DNA of 64,000 bases from assembly GCF_009914755.1 (NCBI RefSeq), contig NC_060929.1; one strand, given 5' to 3'. The translations under genes and the position numbers were made by a program. The notes under the pieces were generated by a model. That model searched no databases. It saw only the letters and a list, made by a program, of their open reading frames with translations, and was not told where the DNA came from. Positions 1 through 12,186 of the stretch are shown in pieces; position 1 is the stretch's first letter; each line of letters begins with the position of its first letter. The DNA comes from the human T2T-CHM13v2.0 reference genome, Homo sapiens.

Positions 1-643
1 GTACTACTTTTTTTCTGTCAAAATAAATAAAATCCTATTTTATTTAGTAGTTTTAAATGTTACTTTCTAAGAATTTTTTTAATAGGAAGATTTTTATTGG
101 GTTCTAGTTGTGGTTGACTAATTTGCACAATTCTGTTTTATATTTTTGCATCAGTATATAGACAAACATTCCAAATATTTACATGAATTCAATTTTTTAA
201 AATAATTTATTGAACCTTTTATTTAGCTCTTTCTGGTTCAGAGGGTCTCAGTTGAAATAATTGTAGATGTAATAAAATTTTTATAATATGTTCACTTAAC
301 AAAATTCTTAAATAGACTTCAGCTATGTGTTATAAAAATATAAATGTTATTTGAAACTGAACATGTTGGGCGTCTTGATCTAGCCAAAAAAAATAATATG
401 TTAAATGCCTCTCATGTATCTGTAATTTTTCTTTTTTTTCACTGCACATATTTTAAAAAGCTAGATTAAAATGACCAAAGTTCTCCATGTATCAGTTTTC
501 ACAATTTCTGGTTTGCCTATTGAAAGAAAAAAATAAGGTGAAGCTTATGTGCCATTGTGATTTAAATTATACACAGATATTTTAGATAAAGGTAAGAGTT
601 GAAGAGCTCAAAAATAGCATTTTATGAAATATTAGAAAGACCT

Positions 644-936
644 GGTCGGGTGTGGTGGCTCACGCCTGTAATCCCAGCACTTTGGGAGGCTGAGGTGGGC
701 GGATCATGAGGTCAGGAGATCGAGACCATCCTGGCTAACATGGTGAAACCCCGTCTCTACTAAAAACACAAAAACAAAATTAGCCGGGCGTGGTGGCGGG
801 TGCCTGTAGTCTCATCTACTCAGGAGGCTGAGGCAGGAGAATGGTGTGAACCCAGGAGGCGGAGCTTGCAGTGAGCGGAGATTGCACCACTGCACTCCAG
901 CCTGGGCGACAGTGGGAGACTCCGTCAAAAAAAAAA
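644..936 (+). mobile_element. Alu SINE, AluY-like, full length
   Basis: GGTCGGGTGTGGTGGCTCACGCCTGTAATCCC start; Y-type GAGATCGAGACCATCCTGGCTAAC and GCGGAGCTTGCAGTGAG; A tail; AGAAAGAC on both sides (partial TSD). Confidence 0.95.
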
Positions 937-3267
937 GAAAGACAGACCTATATTTGTAAAAGGCAATGACAAGGGTAAATTAAAGCGAACATAATAATAC
1001 TCTTACATGAATCAATCATTAACCAGCTATTTTGGGAGAAAGTGAGTAAGGGTAACTTCAGAGTATTTTAAAGAGAGAACTCTGTGCAGGGCTACCATAA
1101 AACTGTGATGTGATCCATTTACACCATGAAACTATGGTGTGATCCATCCTTTAAAAATAAGGTGGAAGGAAGGATAGAGAGAAGAAGTATTTCATCTGTT
1201 AATTCACTAAATATTGTCATAGGAAAGATTTGATAGTTAAACCAAAGAAGTGATAATATGTGCAGTGCAAAGAAAGCGGCTGTCAAATAATAATAGCCCA
1301 ATCAGACCAGCATCTATAAGGGGCCATTTGGGATAAGAACCACCAGAGATATGAAATAACTTCTGGACTCCTTGTTCTAAAATTGGTCAGAGGAATCCTG
1401 GCATAATTTAATTCTGGGAGAACAATTATCTAACACATCATATAAATATTGAAATAATATAAATGCATAATATTTACCTACACGTACTGTAAAGACAGTC
1501 CATACAATTTTATTTTCTTTCTCCAAAAGGATATTATTCAAGAAGTATGAATGTATGGATACTTAACATGTTAAAAAATGTATAATGTAAATGCTCACCA
1601 GAGACAATACTTTTAGAATTACAAATAGTCATGCTTGCCAGTTATTAATAACATTTTAATATTAGTCTAGATTATGCAATACATCAATAAAACTAAAATA
1701 AGAAAAACAATTATTGCATCAAAATTATTTTTGAAGATCAAATATTACAACATTTACATAAAATTAATTAAGAAACATTAAAACTTCAGTGTCTAATAAC
1801 AACATAGAAAGAGTTAGGCACAAAAGTATTTTTCAAAATCAACTTTCGAATATACCAGACATTAAATTGAAGATACATATCAAAATTAATAAAAGTTACA
1901 AAATATATAAAGTGATGATCTTAATGGATAAAACACAACTTCTAACCTAAAGATATAAAAGAACTGGAACACAAATGTGGCATTTCCTACAAAGCAACAC
2001 AATTTAAACACAGTTCTTAATTATTTCTTGTATATTAAATGTTATGCCAAAATATGAAGGCAGGGAGGTAGGCAAGAGTATAATTAAATGCAAACCAAAA
2101 AAACACAAGTACCTTGGAAAATAAACTGATGAGAGTAGATAAGAAATCTTTCAAAAGGAAGAATACAAAATAGGAATCTATGAAAAAATAATTTTTTAAA
2201 TAAAAATTACAGCAAAATATTCAATAAGATAAAGATACTAACACCCCTATTTACAACAGAAAAAAGTCAATAAAAATATCAAGTAAATGATTTTGTTAAG
2301 CGATCAAGAATTATAATTTAGATAATTAAAGAAATTCAGAACATTTTTAGGATACAAACTTCAACAGATTTTCCAGCTAATTGAGTAATTTAAGCTCTTC
2401 CAGAACATATTCAAAAGAATCTATGATAATGTAATTGAAAGTGTATATTTCCTAACATTTTGCATTTGTAAGAACCAGCACATTAATAATTGTAATTTTT
2501 ATAGCTATTCAAAATAATATATAATGATTGTCTGAATAGATGGGATTATAAAGACCATGAAATGACACTGATACTCATATAACTCATATATAAAATAATT
2601 GTGCCAAATTATTATATATCAACATGAATTACTTCCTCCAGAAATTTTTATATTAAATAAGAAATAGGAATATTTTGGAATGTGATTCTATGTATGCATT
2701 TTAAACAGTGAATTTCAATCCTTAATTATTGCTCAATGATGAGTCATTATATGATTATCACAGGGTATCTTCTGGCCTGTTTCATTTTTCTCTAAGTCAG
2801 TATTCTTTGATGGTACAGAATTTTCCAATGATTAAAGTATAAGTAAAGGGAAATAAAACTCCAAGAGAAAAGGATTACTTTAAAGTTGCTATCAGAATAC
2901 AGTCATAACTATAATATAAATTTTGAAAATGCCTTTTTATATATTTAAAAGACAAATATATTTTAAAGGAGAAACTGGTTCTTCACCCTATGTGAAAAAA
3001 AAGACTTTGTAAATAACATTTTATTATTATTATTGCATACAATTTTATTAATTATAATTGCTTCTATAGCATCTCTTGAGTATCTAAAATATTGTAAACA
3101 CGTTGCTAGCCAATGCCTGTTAGTTAATGGAATAAAAGATGTATACAAATATTTTTCAGAGTGACTCAAAAATATATCTCTCAAGAGCTCTTGTTTTGGT
3201 GAATTCTTTGGTTATTTGTCATATTGAAAGAGAATGTTTATATATAATATAAATCTTCTATAATATA

Positions 3268-3275
<8 letters not shown>

Positions 3276-3315
<40 letters not shown>
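3276..3315. repeat. (TA)n microsatellite
   Basis: About 20 perfect TA units. Confidence 0.97.
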
Positions 3316-3316
<1 letters not shown>

Positions 3317-5890
3317 CCCCAAATGAGACAAAACTAAGACTTCAAAAGGAAACTTACCATGATGAAATAAGATCTTAAATACTCTTGAAAGTTACATCAG
3401 GTCCCTGACAGAGGTTCAGCACCCTCACACTGATTACTTAGGCTTAACAACAAAATCTGATTCATGTGAAGGCGTTAATACTTAATTACTCTGCCATGGT
3501 ATCTACAGACTTGGGGAAATAATAGCTATGCATTGAAACATGATAGAAACAAAATTTTACCATATGAGTAAAGAATGGCATGACATTGTATTGTTGGCAA
3601 GAATTTGAAGCTATTTGTAAAACTTCATTCTGCATTGCAGAATCATGAAGAGGCATTAGAGAAATGTTTTTAAGAGGATAGACAAACTTGAAAATTCTCT
3701 TTCTCATTATTGAAAACAGAACAACTTAAGATTGAATAAGCAGAAAGGATTCCTGAAATATTCAAGTGATGAGAAGCTGCAATAAAAGAAATCAAAAAGA
3801 GCCAGAGTTGTTAATGAAGTCAGTAAAAATTAAAAATATATTACTGTGTTAACATTGCCACCAAGCTAAGAGAAGATAATAAAAATATAAAATATTGGTA
3901 TGTAATAATCATGTACTAACATAATATGGTATGATAATGATACTATGAATTGTGCGTATCTGTATGTATAATTAGAAAGTGAGATAGAAATGGAAAGAAC
4001 ACTTAAAAATAAGTAAAATTTGTCTTTAAAAGTAGTGATTTCCATGTTGATATATTTGAGGCAGTTATTACCTATATATACTTTTCTGTTTTCCAGCTTT
4101 TTAAACAGTACAATTATGTTACATGTATATCAAAAAATAGCATTATGATATATCACTATCATGAGAAGTAGGTCTTTAAAAATTAAGGAAAATATATATT
4201 ATTATATAAACTTTTAATTATGAACATTACGTTTTCTAATGAGTTGGCATTAATCTGATTTATAGACTATATAATATTTCAAACATTACATTCTTTAACT
4301 ATTGCCAATCTAGCTAATCTAGGCAAACTGTTTGATTTAATATATAACCATTATTTAAATCAAAATAACTATGTCAATTTAAACATATGTGTCATACAAT
4401 ACTATTCAAGTATTGACAAAATAAGAAGATTTCCGACAGAACTCTCCATCAAAAGGGTAAATATCAAAATTATTCAATTAAATTGACACTATCCAAAAAA
4501 AATCTGACACTTAAAATTTAGGCTTATTTTTGTATACAACCATTTTTTTGGAGCCATACATTTCTACTTATTTGACATCTTAAATTTGTAAAATATTGAC
4601 CTAAAGGCAATAAAATAAAATGGCTGATTTTTCTTTGATTCATTCTGCCTTTTGAAACCAGTTAAATGATTTGCAACAAAGTAAAACATAAACATTGCAC
4701 ATTTTCCTTCATCACCCATTTCCCTAACAGGCAAATCATATACAAGTAGACTAATTTGTATCCCCTAATGTCTTGTGATGTATGGCATTAAGTATAAAAT
4801 GCCCTTCTAATTACATTGTTGGGCTCCACTGGAGCCTGTTATACTTGTATTTTCCTACAGTGAGTCTTTTAAGATTCAAGAGGTCTATAGGCTTGCTGTG
4901 TCTGGTAGGTTAGTTAGACATAATGCCTCAGTGCCCCCACTGAGCCTATTTTGGATAAAATGTTAAAAAGAGAAAAAGTTATTCAAATGTAAGTAAAAGG
5001 CAGCACATTGGTGTTCATTTTCAATTAACCCTTCTATTTTTGAGAAAGTAACAATATGAAGAGTATGATCAAAACATATTTTTAAAAAATCATTTTAACA
5101 ATGAATGAATTAATCAAGCACTGAATAATTCTGAGATAAGTTTTATTGCCTTTTTATTTTTCCCTTCCAGCAAGATGTGATTACAATAGGGAAAACAGAA
5201 AAATACCTGAATGTCCATGTTTTCAATTAGAATGTTGAAACAATTCTCCATTCCTTTTTTCTGTAATATTTGAATATTTCATATGCCATTGAAAAAAAGG
5301 TTAAATGTTAAGAAAATGCAATTCTTGCTTTACTTTTTTACCTAAATTGGAGAGACATGATCATCAATTAACCTTCAAGCTTAAATTAACTGAGCAAGCA
5401 CATACTTCTTTAAATGTGTGCCACCTTTAGTAATATTATTTAAATTTTCATGATGAACTGAAACTATATTTCATAAAAAGATATTTTTATCTTACTTTCA
5501 AGGATATGATATTCTAATAAGAATCTCCTTAAGCCTCTAGATTTTAAAAATTTCCAGCAACTACTCACATGATAGTTATTCATATGGACTGAAAAGTATT
5601 TAGCACCTAAAAGTTTTAGACTATAACTTGCCAGTCTAAAGTCAATAGGAATGTCAATTATTATAGAATAAATAAACTGATAATGTCTCTAATTAATTTT
5701 ATAAAGGCAGAACATATTATCTTTAGATTTTCATAAATTATTCTATACAAAAGTGAAACGTCTATTACTCAAAATGCATGCTTATGAAATCGTTAAGGTA
5801 AAAATCATCATTTTTTTCAATAAGATATATTTTTATATAGTCATCTTCTATATTTTAATTTAAAATGCAGCTACCCTTTCAAAGTGTACA

Positions 5891-6525
5891 TTCTTTGTGT
5901 TTTTTGATCTTTGTTGGTTTAAAGTCTGTCTTATCCGAGACTAGGATTGCAATCCCTGCTTTTTTTTGTCTTTCCATTTGCTTGGTAAATATTCTTCCAT
6001 CCCTTTATTTTGAGTCTATGTGTGTCTTTGCATGTTAGATGGGTCTCCTGAATACAGGAGACCAATGGGTCTTGATTCTTTATCCAATTTGCCAGTCTGT
6101 GTCTTTTAATTGGAACATTTAGCCCATTTACATTCAAGGTTAATATTGTTATGTGTGAATTTGGTCCTAACATCATGATGCTAGCTGTTTTTAACTCATT
6201 TTGCACATTAGTTGATTCAGTTTCGTCATAATGTCATTGGTCTTTATGTTTTGGTGTGTTTTTGCAGTGGCTGGTACCAGTTTTTCCTTTCCATGTTTAG
6301 TGCTTCCTGTGCAAGTCCCCCAGCTCCTTGCACTTCCTGGGAGTCGTGATGCCCCACCCTGCTTCTGCTCACTCTCTATGGGTTGCACCCACTGCCTGAA
6401 TCAGTCCCAATGAGATGAGCCGAGTACCTCAGTTGGAAATGCAGAAATAAACCACCTTCTCCGTTGGGCTTGCTGGGAGCTGCAGACTGGAGCTGTTTCG
6501 ATTTGGCCATGTTGGCTCCTCGCCC
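5891..6525 (-). mobile_element. L1PA (L1PA7/8-like) 5' fragment: 5'UTR start joined to ORF1 end, inter-ORF region and ORF2 endonuclease N-terminus
   Basis: Minus strand begins GGGCGAGGAGCCAACATGGCCAAATCGAAACAGCTCC (L1 5' end); ORF 5931-6206 contains HITILTLNVNGLN..KRHRLANWIK..CIQETHL-like EN sequence. Confidence 0.92.
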
Positions 6526-6569
6526 TACTGGGCTTAAATTTAAGCACTGTATTTATGCTAACCAAGTGT

Positions 6570-6897
6570 TCACAATTATTTATTACTTGACTTGATCAAG
6601 CTTTAGTCAGACTTCTTTTTTTCCAAAGGCCCCTGAACTTTGGCTCATAGATAAGCTTAATCAGGACAATATTTTCCCTTAATGCGTCATTCTGACTGAA
6701 GAAATAAATATTTTTCTGTTAAACCATCTTTCTCATATGTGCTCAACTCCACTGCTCACCCTCCACCTCCCTAGATCCCCAAAACATCCTGCTAGCTATG
6801 CTTACCTGTCTCTATTTTTAATACATTTTCCCAATTGTAGTCATCTTTTCTAACAATATCTCTCTTTACCTAAATTCAGATTTGTTTTTACTTGTCA
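6570..6897 (+). mobile_element. Degenerate ERV1 LTR, MER67-like
   Basis: TTGATCAAGCTTTAGTCAGACTTC..GGCCCCTGAACTTTGG and terminal TACCTAAATTCAGATTTGTTTTTACTTGTCA resemble MER67 (from recall). Confidence 0.45.
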
Positions 6898-8869
6898 CTG
6901 ACATTTTGCCTTCACGCAAAATCTCAATATACTCGATAGAATTTGCCACATCTGGTTAAGAATTAATGAATTAAGTGTCAAAATATATAATGAGCTGAAT
7001 ATGTAATATTTGTCAAAAATAAATAAATGCAATGGGCCATTCAGAAGAATCAATAAGACTATTCTTAGCTTACATTCAAAAAAGAGTAAACCCTGGCTAC
7101 AGTACTATATAATTCCACACTCTGCAATTGGAGAGAAATGGGCTTAAGATAGAAATAAGTGTAATTAAAAGACTGAAAATCTCAATGGAAGAAGCAAGAT
7201 GAAATGAAATGAAATGAAGTAATACCCTTTGGGGTCATAAAATGCATTAGGGAACATGATGTAAAGATACTAAACAAGTGCTCTTCATTTCTTCTAAAAA
7301 AGATAAAAATAAATAATAGTGATCTGTGGTCATAAAAACTGAGGTTAGGGTGCTATAAATACTATTTACATATCCAAATTGAATATTGAATATAGTGAAA
7401 ATATGATAAATATATTGGTTAGGAGGACAGTAAGAAAAGAATTTTTCTTTTTCTTTCTGATATCTCAGTTGTGGTACTGCTTTTAGGCGAAGAATAATAT
7501 AGTTCAATAGCTCTTTCACAGTAATGATACTAAAACTTTTGAAGCGTGATGTTGGTTTTCAAGTGGAATTATTTTTATACCAGCTTGCATCTTTAAGATT
7601 GTAACGGAGAAGTGCTTGTTAATAAGGAAACGTAGGTAATTATTACTAAGGAGAAATAAGGTTCCATTTTACTTTTAAGAGAGCAGTTATAGCTGAATAA
7701 AATACACTGCCACTATTTATATTCTACAGACAGAGTTACTATTCATTTACTTTGATTTATTGTGTTTCTATTTTTTATTCACCTTAAATTACATTTTATT
7801 GTTTCCATCTTGAACAGTAATAGTGTCATCATCATGAATGAGTTTCTCACATCAAAAAGTGTGTTCCTGCTGCTTTCCATCTGCTTTTCTTCCTCTTTAA
7901 CCTTGCTGGGACATCTAAAGAGATGCATAATAAATCAGGTAAAAGTTCCTACTATAAAGTATCTTTCATTGTTACATGCAGAACTCAAAAAATCTAGTTA
8001 ATTTGCAAATAGGGAAAAAACTTATACTTTTTATATTCATGGACAATCTGCCTCTTATTTTTCCTTTTATTATTGACATTGCAGTATCATACCCAAAGAA
8101 ATCCCAAAATCATAAGAGCACATCATGATGAACTTTTACAAATGTTTCAAATTTAATAATCTGTTCAAAAAAAACTAGGGAAAAAAAGACTGTACAGTCA
8201 ACACATGGTTGCAAGCCCATAAGGCACAGTAAAATGTTTGTCTTCTAAAATTTCAGACACTGAATTTACTTATACTTTCCTGCTGAAAATTCTATGAGAT
8301 ATATTATACTTCATTTCAAATTTCCTTAAAGTTTAATCAAAGGTATGCCCATCTTCACAAGTGCTCTATTTTTAAAGATATAATGCAAAAAAAAAAAACT
8401 TTGTAAATGATACGTCATTTGATTTGAATGAACCATTTATCCTTGTAGATTTTATTGCTCTGGGAATGAAAGTGAAGAACTATAAAGAATATATGCATAC
8501 TTTCAAACTTTTATTAATGCATTGAGGGAGTACTAGATCATTTTTTTGCTTTTAAAGACATGGAAGTGAGTAGAGGTAATGTAACAATTTGCATAGGCAG
8601 TTCAATCAACTCATTCCTCCCACCACAATTCATTCAGTTGAGCACTTTGAATCTTATGAAAATATATTGTGAATATAAAAATAAATGCATGTATATATGT
8701 GCATGCATTTGTATGTACACACAATATTTTCTATATTACTGTATTTGAAATGCATTTCTTTTCTAATACATATGCAATTTGGGGCAGGTAGAAGTTTCAC
8801 TCACAAAAGAAATGTTTATTTTCTCAATGTACTCAGCCTTGCCTACATTTGTTCCAGTAACCTTGTGCT

Positions 8870-9780
8870 ATCAAAGTCCTGATTGGACTTCTAGCTTTGA
8901 TTTTTTTTTTTCCCATCAAAGCACTCAAAATGCCAAATCTTGGCTCTCTGACAATACCACCAAAACAATCTGTTGATTAAAACAAAGTGGAATTTATTGC
9001 TTATCACAATAAGATGAAGTGTTGACAGACTCTTACTAGCATCTCAGAAGGGTATAAGTGCAATATTTTTTAAGTTGGGTGGGGAGTCTTGCTTGTCTTT
9101 GAGTATAAATCTTGAGAGAGTCAAGAGTTTCGAGGTGTATTAATTCATTTTCAGACTGCTATAAATAACTGCCCAAGACTGGGTAATTTATAAAGAAAGG
9201 AGATTTAATTGACTCACAGTTCTGCATGACTGGTGAGGCTCTGGGAAACTTACAGTCATGGCGGAAGGTGAAGGAGAAGCAAAGTATCTTCTTCACAAGG
9301 TGGCAGGAAGGAGATATGTGAGTAAGCAAAGGAGGAGAACCTCTTATGAAACCATCAGATCTATTGAGAACTCATTATCATCAGAACAGCATGGGGGAAA
9401 CCGCCTCCATGATCCAATCGCCTCCACCTGGTCTCTCCCTTGACACATGAGGATCATATGGATTATGGGAATTACAATTCAAGATGAGATTTTGGGTGGG
9501 GACATAGACAAACCATATCACAAGGCTAGGCCTTAGAGAAAAGTCTTGCGGAGTCACTGAGCCTAGTTGAACTATCTATTTTTAGTAATTGAATACTTTC
9601 AGGAAGTTTCTGAATCAAGTAGTAAAAGTTACGCAGAAATATGCATTCTTGAACAGATGTTTTCCAGCATTACATGATCATATTAATGTGAGAAATACAA
9701 CAGTAATACTGATTGTGCTAGTGAAGTCATTAAGCTATGAGGGTGCAGATGATTTGATTGTTAGTATCCAGGTTAGTACC
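8870..9780 (-). mobile_element. Ancient ERV1 LTR, MER110-like, interrupted by THE1D
   Basis: AACAAAGTGGAATTTATTGCTTA..GACAGACTCTTACTAGCATCTCAGAAGGG, continuing after the THE1D with CTTTCAGGAAGTTTCTGAAT..GGTGCAGATGATTTG; boundaries approximate. Confidence 0.45.
9136..9520 (-). mobile_element. THE1D-like MaLR solo LTR
   Basis: TGTATTA..AACCATATCA termini; CCACCTGGTCTCTCCCTTGACAC diagnostic; 5-bp TSD CGAGG/CAAGG. Confidence 0.9.
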
Positions 9781-9887
9781 AATCACCTTTTGTTGTCATT
9801 CTTCAGTTTAAGCTGAAGGATAGAACATCAACATCTGGAGAAGTGGTCAGTCCATTTTTCATTTCCTACGAGGTATTATAATCACAT

Positions 9888-12186
9888 TGTATTAGTCCAT
9901 GTTCATGCTGCTGATAAAGACATATCTGAGACTGGGAAGAAAAAGAGGTTTACTTGGACACACAGTTCCACGTGGCTGGGGAGGCCTCAGAATCATGGTG
10001 GCAGGTGAAAAGCACTTCTTACATGGCAGTGACAAGAGAAAATGAGGGAGAAGCAAAAGCAGAAAACCCTGATAAACTCATCAGATCTTGTGAGACTTAT
10101 TCACTATCATGAGAATAGCACTGGAAAGACTAGCCCCCATGATTCAGTTACCTCCCCCGGGTCCTTTCCACAACATGTGGGAATTCTGGGAGATACAATT
10201 CAGGTTGAGATTTGGTTGGGGACACAGCCAAACCATATTATTCAAATCTCATGTCCTCACATTTGAAAACCAATCATGCCTTCCCACAGTCTCACAAAGT
10301 CTTAACTCATTTCAGCATTAACTCGAAAGTCCACAGTCCAGTTTCATTTGAGACAAGGAAATTCCCTTCCACCTATGACCCTGTATAATCAAAAGCAAGC
10401 TAGTTACTTCCTAGATACAATGGGGGTACAGGCATTGGGTAAACACAGCCATTTCAAATGGGAAAAATTGGCCAAGACAAAGGGGTTACAGGGCCCATGC
10501 AAGTCTGAAATCCAGCGGGTCAGTCAAATTGCAAAGCTCCAGAATGATCTCCTTTGACTACAAGTCTCACATCCAGGTCATGCTGATGCAAAAGGTGGAT
10601 TCCCAAGGTCATGGGCAGCTCCACCCCTGTGGCTTTGTAGGGTAAAGCCTCCCTCCTAGCTGCTTGCAAGGGCTGGCGTTGAGTGTCTGCAGCTTTACCA
10701 GACGCATTGTGCAAGCTGTTGGCGGATCTATCATTATGGGGTCTGGAGGATGATGGTCCTCTTCTCATAGCTCCACTAGACAGTGCCCCAGTAGGAACTC
10801 TGTGTGGAAGCTCTGGCCCCATATTTCCCTTCCACACTGCCCTAGCAGAGGTTCTCCATGAGGGCCCTACTCCTTCAGCAAACTTTCTCCTGGGCATCCA
10901 GGTTTTTCGATACATCTTCTGAAATCTAGGCAGAGGTTCTCAAATCTCAGTTCTTGACTTCTGTGCACCAGCAGGCTCAACACCACGTGGAAGCCGCCAA
11001 AACTTGGGGCTTCCACCCCTGAAGCCACAGCCCTAGCTCTTCATTGGCCCCTTTCAGTCATGACTGGAGCAGCTGGGACACAGGGCACCAAGTCTCTAGG
11101 CTGCAAACAGCTCGGAGACCTTGGGCCTGACCCACAAAACCACTTTTTCCTTCTGGGTCTCCTAGCCTGTGATGGAAGGGGCTCCCATGAAGGTCTCTGA
11201 CATAGCTGGAGACATTCCACTCCTCCCCCTCACCCACCCCGCCCTGCCTCCCATGGTCTTGGGGATTAACATTAGGCTCCTTGCTACTTAACACAAATTT
11301 CTGCAGCCAGCTTGAATTTCTCCTCAAAAAAATGGTTTTTGTTTTTTTTTTCTACTGCATTGTCAGGCTGCAAATTTTCTGAACTTTTATGTTCTGGTTC
11401 CCTTTTAAAATGGAATGCTTTTGTCAGCACCCAAATCACCTTTGGAATGCTTTGCTGCTTAGAAATTTCTTCCTCCAGATACCCTAAATCATCTCTCTCA
11501 AGTTCGAAGTTCCACAAATCTTTAGGGCAGGGGCAAAATGCCTCCAGTCTCTTTGTCAAAACATAAAAAGAATTGCCTTTGTTCCAGTTCCCAACAAGTT
11601 CCTCATCTCCATCTGAGGCCCCCTCCACCTGGACCTTATTGTTCATATTACTATCAGCATTTTTGTCAAACCCATTCAACAAGTCTCTAGGAGGTTCCAA
11701 ACTTTCCCACACCTTTCTGTCTTCTTCTGAACCCTCCAAACTGTTTCAACCTCTGCCTGTTACACAGATCCAAAGTCACTTCCAAATTTTCAGGTATCTA
11801 CAGCAATGTCCCACTCTACTGGTACAATTTACTGTATTAGTCCATTTTTATGCTGCTGAAAAAGACATACCCAAGACTGGAAAGGAAAAGAGGTTTAATT
11901 GGACTTACAGCTCCACATGGTTGGGGAGGCCTCAGAATCATGGCAGAGGGTGAAAGCCACTTCTTACATGGTAACAACAAGAGAAAATGAGAAAGAAGCG
12001 AATGTGGAAACCTCTGATAAGCCCATCAGATTTCATGAAACTTATTCACTATTATGAGAATAGCATAGGAAAGACCAGCCCCCAAGATTCAATTACCTCC
12101 CCCTGGTTCCCTCCCACAACAGATGGGAATTCTGGGAGATACAATTCAAGTTGAGATTTGGGTGAGGACACAGCCAAACCATATGA
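9888..12186 (-). mobile_element. Complete THE1A-like MaLR element: LTR 9888-10240, internal 10241-11832, LTR 11833-12186
   Basis: Two ~355-bp direct LTRs around a 1.6-kb THE1-int; ORFs 11284-11739 and 10520-10915 are the decayed THE1-int ORF; imperfect TSD CACAT/CACCA. Confidence 0.95.

Noticed and set aside
10520-11953. Longest ORFs (126-151 aa) as a possible gene
   Set aside because: All lie inside THE1-int; they are fragments of the decayed MaLR ORF or its antisense, common to many copies.
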